Shown: in pieces, positions 1-10,047 of the stretch
Layout of the letters: each line of letters opens with the position of its first letter
Position numbering within the stretch: position 1 is the stretch's first letter
Origin: an uncultured Actinomycetes bacterium
Lineage (GTDB): Bacteria > Actinomycetota > Thermoleophilia > UBA2241
Length of the DNA: 64,000 bases
Assembly: GCA_963755025.1 (NCBI GenBank)
Contig: CAVWIH010000014.1
Location: forward strand, 320,001 to 384,000
Direction: 5' to 3'
Made by a program: the position numbers and the translations under genes
Notes under the pieces: generated by a model
What the model was told of the DNA's origin: nothing
Database searches by the model: none
What the model saw: only the letters and a program-made list of their open reading frames with translations

Positions 1-185
1 TCGAGGCCGTCGAGGCCGGGCAGCCCGAGGTCGAGCACCATGAGGTCGGGCTTGGCGGCGCGCACCTGGTGCAGGGCGGCTTCGCCGTCGCCGGCGACGA
101 GCGCGGCGAAGCCCGCGTGCTCGAGGTAGTCGCGCACGAGGCGGGCGATCTGCGGTTCGTCCTCGACGATCAGGATCGTTCTCAA
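1..185 (-). CDS. OmpR-family response regulator, N-terminal receiver domain (runs off the window edge)
   Basis: Manual translation from TTG at 185: MRTILIVEDEPQIARLVRDYLEHAGF...KPDLMVLDLGLPGLDGL; acidic pocket and phospho-Asp motifs. Not in the ORF track. Confidence 0.93.
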   Translation of the reverse strand, partial: MRTILIVEDEPQIARLVRDYLEHAGFAALVAGDGEAALHQVRAAKPDLMVLDLGLPGLDGL

Positions 186-251
186 GGGGCCACCCTACCC
201 GAGGTCCGTCGTGTCGGCCGTCACGGCGGCGTTCACGACGGCTAGCATTCC

Positions 252-285
252 CGGGCGGGGGCGGGCTTGCGCCCGCCCCCGCCCG
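252..285. terminator. 15-bp GC stem-loop between the membrane-protein gene and the response regulator
   Basis: cgggcgggggcgggc-ttgc-gcccgcccccgcccg; GCAA loop on the minus strand; no U-tract. Confidence 0.5.
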
Positions 286-290
286 CTCGG

Positions 291-821
291 TCACGCCGCC
301 GGGCCGTCGGCGGGACCGCCCTCCTGCGTCTCGGCCGGCGGCGGGTCGGCGGGCGCGCCGCCCGGGGGCGCCTCGTGCGCCCGGCGGTGCCACTCGTCGA
401 AGGCCGGCGGCGGATCGCCCGGCGACCATCCGCCCGACCCTCCCGCGGCCGCGTCAGAGCCGGGACCCGGACTCGAGCCGTAGCCGGGACCGGGGCCAGG
501 GCCGTACCCGGTACCAGGGCCGTACCCGTAGCCAGGACCCGAGCCGTAGCCGTGCATCCAGTGCCGATGCCACGGCCGCCGCCACGCGATCAGCGCGATC
601 ACCGCCAGCACGACCACCGGGAAGAGCAGGAAGCCCGGGAAGAACCCGAACCCGCGGCCGTACCCGGGGTACCAGAGCGCGCCCGGTCCGACCCGGGTGA
701 TGACGTGTGCGCCGCTTCCGATGCCGTGGTCGTAGCCCGCGTGGTAGGCGCCGGCGATGCCGAACACAAGCACCAGCGCCGCGAGCACGATCGCGATCAC
801 GACGGCGATCTTTCGTCCCAC
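291..821 (-). CDS. Small membrane protein with two hydrophobic segments, GYGPG repeats and a PPPAFDEWHRRAH C-terminal motif
   Basis: 176-aa ORF, RBS gaaggaaagggag upstream, two TM-like stretches, lies just upstream of the response regulator. Confidence 0.8.
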   Translation of the reverse strand: MGRKIAVVIAIVLAALVLVFGIAGAYHAGYDHGIGSGAHVITRVGPGALWYPGYGRGFGFFPGFLLFPVVVLAVIALIAWRRPWHRHWMHGYGSGPGYGYGPGTGYGPGPGPGYGSSPGPGSDAAAGGSGGWSPGDPPPAFDEWHRRAHEAPPGGAPADPPPAETQEGGPADGPAA

Positions 822-890
822 GATGTCTCCCTTTCCTTCGAGGAACTCCGCGGCACTCGTGGCCGCCTGTCTCTAAGGATGTCCCGGGAT

Positions 891-918
891 TGTGGAGCGA
901 CTGTGAACGCGCTGGGGA
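891..918 (-). promoter_or_regulatory. Putative OmpR-type direct-repeat operator
   Basis: Plus-strand hexamers tgtgga (891), tgtgaa (902), tgggga (913) at an exact 11-bp period upstream of the 821 start. Confidence 0.45.
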
Positions 919-1053
919 GATGTGGCCGGGCGGCGAGCCGGTGGAGACTGCCGACGCACGACCTACGGCGGCGCACGTTTCCGCGCGCCTGCCATCGTCA
1001 ACGTTTTCGTGTACTAGAGTCGGCGCCAAAAGGACACAGGGAGGCGGGCGATC

Positions 1054-1338
1054 ATGGCAGAGGCGGAGGAGTGGAGCGCCGACGAACGGCGCCTGTTCGA
1101 CGAGTACCGGCACGCCGGCAAGGAGCACGTGGCGCACGAGAACGACCGCATCCGGGTCGGTGACCGCGTGGCTACGCCCGGGGGCGCGGCCTGGGCTGTA
1201 GAGGAGCGCCTGGGCGGCTTTCTGATCAAGCTCGAGCCCGGCCCGCCCGACGACGGCTCGACCATCGTCGGCGACACGCTCAGCGGCCGCGAAGAGGTCT
1301 TTTACCTGCCCGCCGGGCTGCTGCGCAGACTCAACTGA
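1054..1338 (+). CDS. Hypothetical protein (94 aa)
   Basis: GGAGG RBS, GC3-rich codon usage, normal composition. Confidence 0.75.
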   Translation: MAEAEEWSADERRLFDEYRHAGKEHVAHENDRIRVGDRVATPGGAAWAVEERLGGFLIKLEPGPPDDGSTIVGDTLSGREEVFYLPAGLLRRLN

Positions 1339-1399
1339 GGAGGGCGACCGACGGACAGGGCGGCGGGGCCGCCCGTTCAGCGCCGCCGCTCGCGCGCGC

Positions 1400-2863
1400 C
1401 TAAGGCCGCCGGTGGTGCAGTTCGAGGCCCACGGCCGACCACTCCGGAAACCCTTTCCAGATACCGGCCGGGTAGCCCGCGTTGTTGTAGTCGTTGCTGT
1501 CGTTGGAGCTCACGTCGTCGACGTTCAGGTAGTCGGCGTAGGCGGCTCCCTTGAGCTGCAGCCCCAGGAACGCCGTGAGAAAGTGCTGGTTGACGTTGTT
1601 GGTGCGCGTGTTGTCGAGCGCCGGCTCCTGGTAGTGCGCGTAGTCGCGCCGGCGCGTGAAGGCGACGGGCGGCGCGGGGTTCACGGCGACCTCGTGGTCG
1701 CCGCTCTGATGCACCAGCAGGTAGCGGTCGGAGCTGGTCGCGTTGTCGAAGATGAACCGGACGCCGTCGTAGGGCGCGGTCTGGTCCTGGTCGCCGGCCA
1801 CGAACAACGCCGGTACCTTGATGCCCGCAAGACCGGCCGCGTCCCACGCCCCGTAGGTGCCGCCCCAGGGCGCGATCGGCACGATCGCCTTGATCCGCGA
1901 GTCGAGCAGGGCGGCGTGCTGCGGCGTGCCCGCCTCGAGGAACCGCAGCGTGTCGCCGGCCGCCCAGTACGGCGCCGAGGCAAAGGCCGGCGTGATGCCG
2001 GCGCCGGCGCAGATGAGCACCCCGTAGCCGCCCATCGAGTAGCCGATCAGCGCCGTGTTGTCGGCGTCGACGATGCCCGACAGGAAGCTGGGCGAGCCGC
2101 TGCCGCCCAGCCGCGCCATGGTCGCCAGCACGAACCCGATGTCGAGCGCGCGGTTGCGCAGCGTGCTGGCGAAGACCGTGGCGTCGGCGTGTGTGGAGTC
2201 GGTGTGGCTGATGGCGACCACCACGTAGCCCTTTGAGGCCAGGTTCTCGGTCAGGTTCGTGAGCAGCACGTCGGAGCCCGGGTAGCCGTGCGAGACGATG
2301 AGCAGCGGGTAGGGGCCCTGGCTCGGGTCGGGTCGCGCGTCGCGCAGGGCGCGGCCCGGGAACGTGAACGGCACGACCGGCCGGGTGGGATCGCCAGGAC
2401 CGCTGCCCAGGCTGTCGGCGTAGGTCGTGAGCTCGCGCTCGCGCCCGGGGATGACGGCCGGATACCACACCTGCAGGGGCAGGGGCCGGTCGTAGCGCGG
2501 ATCGGTGTCGGCGGCGCTGTAGCGCGCCATGTCGAGCTGATCGGGGTTGGTAATCGTCCATCCCCGCACGCCGACCTTGAAGGGCCCGCGCCGGGCCAGC
2601 TCGGGCGCGTCGGGGCGCAGGTCGCCAGGCATGGGGTAGCCGAGCCACGGGTCGTGGGTCGTCTCCGGCGAGCCGCTCTGTGCCGCGCCGTTCTGCGCTC
2701 CCGCCGAGCCCGCCGCACAGCCTGCCAGCAGGGAGACGCCGGCGGCCGCGGAGATGCCCAGCGCCGAGGCGCCGATCATGAGCTGACGGCGCGTCACCCG
2801 GCGGGCGCCGGCCTGGTCGGACTCGACGGTCTCGGCGTCGACGAGGCGCTGATCATCGACCAT
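1400..2863 (-). CDS. Tat-exported alpha/beta hydrolase (dienelactone hydrolase/PAF-AH-like), possibly a lipoprotein
   Basis: ATG 2863; TRRQL twin-arginine plus LAGC lipobox; SHGYPG oxyanion loop, GYSMGG nucleophile, GDQD and GDH. Confidence 0.88.
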   Translation of the reverse strand: MVDDQRLVDAETVESDQAGARRVTRRQLMIGASALGISAAAGVSLLAGCAAGSAGAQNGAAQSGSPETTHDPWLGYPMPGDLRPDAPELARRGPFKVGVRGWTITNPDQLDMARYSAADTDPRYDRPLPLQVWYPAVIPGRERELTTYADSLGSGPGDPTRPVVPFTFPGRALRDARPDPSQGPYPLLIVSHGYPGSDVLLTNLTENLASKGYVVVAISHTDSTHADATVFASTLRNRALDIGFVLATMARLGGSGSPSFLSGIVDADNTALIGYSMGGYGVLICAGAGITPAFASAPYWAAGDTLRFLEAGTPQHAALLDSRIKAIVPIAPWGGTYGAWDAAGLAGIKVPALFVAGDQDQTAPYDGVRFIFDNATSSDRYLLVHQSGDHEVAVNPAPPVAFTRRRDYAHYQEPALDNTRTNNVNQHFLTAFLGLQLKGAAYADYLNVDDVSSNDSNDYNNAGYPAGIWKGFPEWSAVGLELHHRRP

Positions 2864-3007
2864 GGTTCCCCCTGACCTGCCGCTTGCCGATGTCCCGAGC
2901 CTACAGCGGCCGCACCGCGCGCGAAAGAGCGCGCCGGGCCGCCGGCACGACTCAGGGCGGGCGACGCGCCGCTGCTCGCGCACAGTGGCACGGTCGCGCA
3001 GCCCCGA

Positions 3008-3961
3008 TCAGCGACCGTCGCGCGCCGCCGCCTCTTTGTGCACCGTCACACCGATCAGGTTGGTGAGCAGGCGCGTGACGGTGAGCGCGGTCAGGCCGTT
3101 CAGGTCGAGGCGCGGCACGAACTCGCAGAGATCGATGCCCGCCACGTCGGCGACGCGCGCCACAGCGCGCACGATGGCCGCGGCCTGCTCGAACCGCAGC
3201 CCGCCCGGGTACGGCCAGCCGGCGCCGGGCGCGCACCCCGGGTCGAGGCCGTCGAGGTCGATGGTGATGTAGTAGCGCGCGCCGGCGCGCAAGCGGTCGA
3301 GGACGACCGCCACGCCGGCTTCGTGCACCTGGTCGGCGGTGATCAGCACGTTGCCGGCGGCCAGTGCGGCCTCGACGTCGGCGGCCCGGGCGCTGCCCGG
3401 GCCGCGCAGCCCGACCTGCACGATGTCGGCCACGAAGGGCAGCTCACGCAGGCGACGGATCGGGCTCGAGTAGCCGTCCCTGACGCCGTCCACCTCGTCG
3501 CGAAAGTCGAGATGGGCGTCGATCTGCAGGATGTTGAGCTCGCGGGTCTGGTCGAGTCCGGCGACCACGAGCGGCGGGATGGCGTGGTCGCCGCCCACCA
3601 CGAGCGGCATGGCGCCACCGGCGACCAGGTCTTTGACACAGTCGGTCGACCCGCGCGCCGTGCCCGCCAGGTCTCGCGGGTCGCCGGCTACGTCGCCGCA
3701 GTCGACCAAGTCGAGGCGCCCGTCGGCCGCCAGCGGAGCCCCCAGGTCGAAGTCGTAGTGGTCGTGCTCACCGATGAACTGCCGCGAAGCGGCGCGCACC
3801 GCTTCGGCGGCGCCGGCGGACGGCGGGCAAACGCCGGCCATGTCGTAGGGCACGCCGAACGGCATGCCGAGAAAGGCAAAGCGCGCCCGGGCGGCGGCCG
3901 GGTCGGGAACCACCGGCGCTCCGAGAAAGCTGGTGGCCGATGGCACGGTAGTCCTGGGCAT
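3008..3961 (-). CDS. speB: Agmatinase/ureohydrolase (arginase family)
   Basis: ATG 3961 with AGGAGG RBS; GGDH, DAHLD and TIDLDGLDP metal-binding motifs; exact substrate uncertain. Confidence 0.85.
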   Translation of the reverse strand: MPRTTVPSATSFLGAPVVPDPAAARARFAFLGMPFGVPYDMAGVCPPSAGAAEAVRAASRQFIGEHDHYDFDLGAPLAADGRLDLVDCGDVAGDPRDLAGTARGSTDCVKDLVAGGAMPLVVGGDHAIPPLVVAGLDQTRELNILQIDAHLDFRDEVDGVRDGYSSPIRRLRELPFVADIVQVGLRGPGSARAADVEAALAAGNVLITADQVHEAGVAVVLDRLRAGARYYITIDLDGLDPGCAPGAGWPYPGGLRFEQAAAIVRAVARVADVAGIDLCEFVPRLDLNGLTALTVTRLLTNLIGVTVHKEAAARDGR

Positions 3962-4070
3962 GGTCCTCCTTGAGTCGCGACGCTGCCGAACAACTGACAG
4001 ACTGTTCGGGCACCTGCCCGTGACACCCTCCCCCACGGCCACCCGGCGCGGCTTCTCCGGCCGGCGGCTC

Positions 4071-4154
4071 GTGAGACAGAGACACCGGCCGGCGGCCCGT
4101 GGGGCAGAGACACCGCCCGGCGGACCGTGAGGCAGAGACACCGCCCGGCGGACC
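4071..4154. repeat. 3 x 28-bp tandem repeat in a divergent intergenic region
   Basis: gtgagacagagacaccggccggcggccc / gtggggcagagacaccgcccggcggacc / gtgaggcagagacaccgcccggcggacc. Confidence 0.85.
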
Positions 4155-4232
4155 GGCGGCGGACCGCCCGCGCGAAGGGCGCGAAGGGGGCGACAGTTGA
4201 CGACCACCGGCGTCGCGCGGCACTCTGGGGCG

Positions 4233-4964
4233 GTGACCGACTCACCCAAACCCGGCTCCGACTGCTCCGCGACACGTCCGGGGGGGCTCACACTGATCGC
4301 TTGCCCCGCCGTGCTCGGCGAGCTCGCGCCCGGCGCCACCGACGGCGTCGAGTGCGTGACGCTCGACGCGCAGCTCCACTTGAGCCCAGAGAAGCTCAAG
4401 GAAGGGCTCCGCGTCGCCGTCGCCGCCGCCGACCGGCCCGGGGCCACCATCGTGCTGGGCTACGGCATGTGCTCCAACGCGGTGCTCGGCTTGCGCACGC
4501 AGCACGCGACCCTGGTCGCGCCGCGGGTCGACGACTGCATCGCCATGATGCTCGGCTCCAACGCCGCGTTCGCGGCGCAGTCCGAGAAGGTGCGCGGCTC
4601 CTATTACCTCACGAAGTCGTATCTCGAGGACTGCGACACCATCCTCACCGAGTACGACAAGCTCGTCGAAAAGCGCGGCGCCGAGCGCGCCGAGCAGCTC
4701 ATGGGTCTTATGCTCAACCACTACACGCGCCTCGTGCTGATCGACACCGGGCGCCACGACCTCGCCCCCTACCGCGAGCGGGTCGAGGACTTCGCGGCGC
4801 GCTTCGGCATGACAGTCGAGGACGTGCCCGGCACGACCGAGCTGGTCGACGCGCTCGTGGTGGCCGGGTGGGGCGACGATTTCGTCGTCGCCCCACCCGG
4901 CCACGAGCTCACCCTCGACGATTTTCGGGCAGAGCCGAGCCCGTCCGAGCCGGCCGCATCGTAA
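4233..4964 (+). CDS. DUF1638-like protein (corrinoid methyltransferase-associated)
   Basis: LIAC, LHxxP, LGYGMC, DDCIAM, YYLT and YTRLVLIDTG motifs; start GTG 4233 approximate. Confidence 0.82.
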   Translation: MTDSPKPGSDCSATRPGGLTLIACPAVLGELAPGATDGVECVTLDAQLHLSPEKLKEGLRVAVAAADRPGATIVLGYGMCSNAVLGLRTQHATLVAPRVDDCIAMMLGSNAAFAAQSEKVRGSYYLTKSYLEDCDTILTEYDKLVEKRGAERAEQLMGLMLNHYTRLVLIDTGRHDLAPYRERVEDFAARFGMTVEDVPGTTELVDALVVAGWGDDFVVAPPGHELTLDDFRAEPSPSEPAAS

Positions 4965-4974
4965 GCGTCCGTCG

Positions 4975-5472
4975 TCAGCTCAGGCCGGCCAGCAGGCGGT
5001 CGAGCGCCGCGTAGCTTTCGTTCAGGCCGCCCTCCATGCCCGACTGCAGCATGCCGTCGCGCTCCTCGCCCGTGTGGAACAGCGAGGTCGTGACGAGCTT
5101 CGTGCGGCCGTCGCCCAGGTCTTCGAACGTCAACGTGTTCACCACCACGTGGCCCGGCATGCCGTCCCACTCGAAGGTCTGCACGATGCGTTCCTCAGGG
5201 GTCACCTCGCGATAGCGGCCCTCGAACCCCACAAGGCCCTCGGGGCCGTGCTCGACGTAGCGCCAGTGGCCGCCGCGCTCGACCTGCATGCGCACGACGT
5301 CGAGCTTGTTGCCGCGGCCCCACCACTCGGCGACGAGCGCCGGGTCGGTGCAGGCGCGCCACACCCGCTCGCGGGGCGCGTCGAAGACTCGTTCTACGCG
5401 GATCTCGCGTTCGGCCGGGGTGGTCACCTGGGCCGGGGCCGAGGGCTCGGGCTGCCGGAGGGGAGTACTCAT
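4975..5472 (-). CDS. SRPBCC/AHSA1-like domain protein
   Basis: RVFDAPRERVW...GGHWRY...FEGRYREV; coupled to the ArsR gene by a 4-bp overlap. Confidence 0.92.
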   Translation of the reverse strand: MSTPLRQPEPSAPAQVTTPAEREIRVERVFDAPRERVWRACTDPALVAEWWGRGNKLDVVRMQVERGGHWRYVEHGPEGLVGFEGRYREVTPEERIVQTFEWDGMPGHVVVNTLTFEDLGDGRTKLVTTSLFHTGEERDGMLQSGMEGGLNESYAALDRLLAGLS

Positions 5473-5807
5473 GACGAAAGTCCTTTCTCACGATCGAGGA
5501 ACTCGCCCAGCCGGTCGAGGCGCGCTTCGAGCGTCTGCCGGTACAGGGCGATCCAGTCGGTTTCGTCGTCGAGGCGCCGCGGACCCAGTCTGCAGGAACG
5601 CACCCGGCCGACCTTCTCGGTGGTCAGGAGCCCCGCCTGTTCGAGGATCCGCACGTGCTTCTTGACGCCGGTGAGCGACATGTCGAAGGCGTCGGCGAGC
5701 TCGCTGAGCGAGCGATCGCCCTCGCCGAGACGCTCGAGGATGCCGCGGCGAGTCGGGTCGGACAGGGCCGCGAAGGTGGCATCGAGCTGAGGAGAATACT
5801 GAACCAT
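5469..5807 (-). CDS. ArsR/SmtB-family transcriptional regulator
   Basis: FAALSDPTRRGIL...KKHVRILEQAGL...KVGRVR. Confidence 0.95.
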   Translation of the reverse strand: MVQYSPQLDATFAALSDPTRRGILERLGEGDRSLSELADAFDMSLTGVKKHVRILEQAGLLTTEKVGRVRSCRLGPRRLDDETDWIALYRQTLEARLDRLGEFLDREKGLSS

Positions 5808-5820
5808 ATGGTTCAGTATT
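5795..5820. promoter_or_regulatory. Perfect 26-bp palindrome overlapping the ArsR start codon (autoregulatory operator)
   Basis: AATACTGAACCAT-ATGGTTCAGTATT. Confidence 0.8.
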
Positions 5821-5858
5821 GTCGTCTTAACGACTCGCCAAACATCAGCTGCGCGGCG

Positions 5859-6311
5859 TCACGCAGGAGCGGCGTCGCCGGCGAGGCCCTTGGCGCGCAG
5901 CTCGTCGAGGGCGTCGCTCGTCTTCGCCAGGGCGTCGAGGCCCATGCCGTGCAGCACTCCCGGCGCCTTCGAGAACTGGATCTCGCGGTAGTCGACCACC
6001 TGCACGTGGTTGCCCCAGGGGTCGCTGAAATCGACCGAGCCGGAGCGCTGCACCTCCACGCCCGCCTCGCGCAGCAGCGCCCGCACCGCCTCTTTGTCGT
6101 CGACCACGAGCCCGAAGTGCCGCGTGCTGTCCGGTGGCTGTGAGCGCCCCGCCATGAGGGCGAGGAACTGGTCGCCCATGTCGACGAACGCCGCCTTGCC
6201 GCCCGCTCGCCCGCGCAGGCGCACGTCGAAGAAGCGTCCGTACCAGGCCAAGGCTTCGTCGATATCGCCTACCTCGAGCGCCACATGGTTGATGCCGACC
6301 AGACGTGCCAT
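5859..6311 (-). CDS. VOC/glyoxalase family protein
   Basis: GINHVALEV...HFGLVV...DPWGN. Confidence 0.9.
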   Translation of the reverse strand: MARLVGINHVALEVGDIDEALAWYGRFFDVRLRGRAGGKAAFVDMGDQFLALMAGRSQPPDSTRHFGLVVDDKEAVRALLREAGVEVQRSGSVDFSDPWGNHVQVVDYREIQFSKAPGVLHGMGLDALAKTSDALDELRAKGLAGDAAPA

Positions 6312-6500
6312 GAGGGCCTCCTCAGCCGTTTATCCGCCTGTGTTCCCGTGGTTCGGCGAGACGTGTCCATCGGCGCGATGGCCAGGGCGATCGGCCGGGC
6401 GAGACCTGCCGGTGGTCTGGCGACTCAGTGGCAGGCCGTCTTGCGAGGCCGCGGGTGGTCTTTGGCGGCTAAAGCGGCAGGCGGCGTGTGGGAGCTGCGC

Positions 6501-6809
6501 CTAGGCCGTCGGGCGCCCGCAGCAGCCGCGACTCTCGGCGGCGCTGCCCGACTCCTGCTTGTGAGGCGCGCAGAAGCGACAGGTGCAGCCGTCGAGGTGG
6601 TGCCAGCCGTCGTCGAGGAGGTGCTCCGTGCCGCGCAGGCTGCTCGGCCTGACGGACATGGGAGCGGACTCGGGGGCGCCAGCCTGCGCCGCAAGGCCGA
6701 CCGGCATGACTATCCGCAACAGGGTGTCGTTGGCAAAGATGTAGTGCAGTCCGTGCCACGCGAACACCCTGGCCTTCTTGACCTGCTCGAACGTCAGGCC
6801 TACCGCCAT
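6501..6809 (-). CDS. Small hypothetical Cys/His-rich protein, paralogue of 49775..50146
   Basis: aaaggggg RBS; FAWH...GWHHLDGCTCRFC; aligns by eye with a second ORF in this window. Confidence 0.8.
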   Translation of the reverse strand: MAVGLTFEQVKKARVFAWHGLHYIFANDTLLRIVMPVGLAAQAGAPESAPMSVRPSSLRGTEHLLDDGWHHLDGCTCRFCAPHKQESGSAAESRGCCGRPTA

Positions 6810-7039
6810 GCCAATCGCCCCCTTTGCCGCACTAAACGTCGGGAAGCGTACGTGCTGGGCGAAGTTCCTGCAACCGGCCGTCGGGACTCAGGAGTGACGG
6901 CGAGGGCTGCCAGGGGGCTCCGCCATCCCGCGCCCCGACGAGCCCTGCACGCCCGGCGAAGTCGCCAACGACCCCGAGGACTCACATCGACGAGAGGCGG
7001 GTAGTCAGGTCTCGAACACCCGAGTTGTGGAGGACAGCC

Positions 7040-7330
7040 ATGACCAAGAGTAGCGAGGAACTGACTTTCGTGGCCATCGAGGGCAGCAGCCTGCCCCACT
7101 CGCACGCCGTGCTCATCGAGACCTCGCGCGGCTGGCACGTCGAGCTTGAAGACGTCCCCTCCGACAGCTGCCCGCTCGTCAGGGCGGAGTGTGAGATCAC
7201 CTTCGACACGTGGGAAGGCGACCGCTACGCGGGCACCGTCGCGGCGACCTACGTCACCGACAACGCCGGCTATGTGCTGTTGACCGGCGTCGGCGAGCTG
7301 CAACACAGCGCCGCCGCCGACGTGGCCTAG
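7040..7330 (+). CDS. Hypothetical protein (96 aa, predicted beta-rich)
   Basis: GGAGGA RBS before ATG 7040; GC3-rich codons. Confidence 0.75.
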   Translation: MTKSSEELTFVAIEGSSLPHSHAVLIETSRGWHVELEDVPSDSCPLVRAECEITFDTWEGDRYAGTVAATYVTDNAGYVLLTGVGELQHSAAADVA

Positions 7331-7439
7331 CCGACGCGGCGGCCGCGCGAGGGGCCGACTCGCTGCGGCGTGCCCGCGACCTGGTCCGGGCGCGCGCGGT
7401 CGCGCCGCGCGGGCGCGCTTCGGCGGGCGGCGCCGCGGG

Positions 7440-8078
7440 TCAGGCCAGCGCCCTGCGCACCGCCTCGGCGAGAGCGGCCGGGGGCTGCGCGCCGCTCACC
7501 AGGTAGCGGTCGGCGATCACGAAGCCGGGCACGGCGCGGATGCCCAAGTCGGCGGCCAGCCGCTGTTCGGCACGCACGGCGACCGCGTAGTCGTCGCCGT
7601 CGAGGACGGCCGCTATGCGCTCGGCCGACAGGCCGGCCGTCGCCGCGGCGTTCGCCAGCACGTCGCGCAGGCCCACGTTCTCGCCCCGCGCCCAATAGGC
7701 CGCGAACAGCTCATCGCCGAGCGCCTGGTGCGCGGCCGCGCCGTCGTGCAGAGCCGCGGCCAGCAGGCGGTGAGCGGCGAAGGTGTTCGGTCGGACCGAG
7801 GGCGCGCTCAGGTCGCGCATGGGCAGGCCCTCGTCGCGCGCGATGCCCGCCAGGCGCTCGTTCATCTCGGCGACCAGGTCGGGCGGGTACTTGCCCTTCA
7901 TGTGCTCCTGCGCGTCGATCCCTTCGGCCGGCACGGTCGGGTCGAGCTCGAAGGCGCCGTAGCGCCAGTCCACCTGCGCGGCGTCCTCGCCGAGCATCTG
8001 CAGTGCCACTCGCCAGCGCTCCACGCCGACATAGCACCATGGTCACACCACATCTGACCAGATCACGACGTCGATCAT
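7440..8078 (-). CDS. DsbA/FrnE-family thiol-disulfide oxidoreductase, probable selenoprotein (UPWC)
   Basis: From ATG 8078 (AAAGGAG RBS): MIDVVIWSDVV-TGA-PWCYVG, continuing in frame into FELDP...NTFAAHRL...GIRAVPGFVI...SGAQP; TGA at 8045-8043; hairpin immediately downstream. Confidence 0.88.
8003..8036 (-). promoter_or_regulatory. Putative bacterial SECIS element
   Basis: mRNA UGCUAU-GUCGGCG-[UGGAG]-CGCUGGC-GA-GUGGCA folds into a two-part stem with a G-containing apical loop, starting 6 nt after the UGA. Confidence 0.65.
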
Positions 8079-8242
8079 GGCGACTCCTTTGCTTCGTGCG
8101 ACCGGGTCGGCGCCGCCCACGGAAGACGTGGCGACGGCGGGCCGGCAGCCTTGACTGCGGGGTCGGGAGGCGCGCCGGCCCTCAGCCTTGTAGTCTAAGC
8201 GTTCACGAGGCATGAGCGACGCGTTGTTCGACGAAGCAGGAG

Positions 8243-9343
<1,101 letters not shown>

Positions 9344-9345
9344 GA

Positions 9346-10047
9346 ATGAGTCCGGCCGCTCACAGACGGGGCGGCGGCGCGCGGCGCCGGCCGCCGCAGC
9401 CCGGTGTGCCGGCCCTGCCGCCCGGACTCGCGCCCTTGGACGCGGCCGATCTCGGCGCCGACGCCGAGCTCTCCGACGTCGAACTGCTCGACCTCGACCT
9501 GCGCGACGGGCGGCTCAGCGCCCTGTCGCTCGAGACGGCCCGCGTGAAGGACTGCCGGTTCGACGGCGCCGAGCTGCGCCGCCTGCGCTGCCGCCAGGTC
9601 GTCTTTGAGACCTGCGACTTCGCCAACACGCGCTGGTTCGACTGCGAGCTCTCCGACGTCGCCTTTCTCGACTGCCGCTTCATCGGCGCCAGCATCACCG
9701 GGGGTGGCCTGTCGGCCGTGTTCCTGCGCGACTGCCTTGCGCAGCTCGCCAAGCTCTCTCACCTGGGGCGCCCGCACGCGCTGCTCGAGGGCTGCGACCT
9801 GCGCGGCGCGCTGGTCCTCGAGAGTGACCTGGGCGAGCTGCGCTTCTCGGGCTGCGACCTCGAGGGCCTCGAGTTCGCCGGCGTCAGCCTCGCCGGCGCC
9901 GACCTGCGCGGCAACGAGCTCGCCGGCCTCAAGGGCGTCGCCTGCCTGCGCGGCGCCACGATCGACGGCCTGCAGCTGCTCGCGCTCGCGCCGGCCCTGG
10001 CGGCGCAGCTCGGTGTCGTCGTCGAGCAGGCCGGCATAGACGCCTAG
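9346..10047 (+). CDS. Pentapeptide-repeat protein
   Basis: ATG 9346 right after the sigma stop; xxFxx/xDLxG repeats (CRFDG, CDFAN, CDLRG, ADLRG). Confidence 0.88.
   Translation: MSPAAHRRGGGARRRPPQPGVPALPPGLAPLDAADLGADAELSDVELLDLDLRDGRLSALSLETARVKDCRFDGAELRRLRCRQVVFETCDFANTRWFDCELSDVAFLDCRFIGASITGGGLSAVFLRDCLAQLAKLSHLGRPHALLEGCDLRGALVLESDLGELRFSGCDLEGLEFAGVSLAGADLRGNELAGLKGVACLRGATIDGLQLLALAPALAAQLGVVVEQAGIDA

Noticed and set aside
4071-4154. Possible mini-CRISPR (28-bp repeats)
   Set aside because: The repeats abut directly with no spacers.
6810-7039. Riboswitch (c-di-AMP/ydaO) in the divergent intergenic region
   Set aside because: The conserved ydaO segments are not present on either strand.
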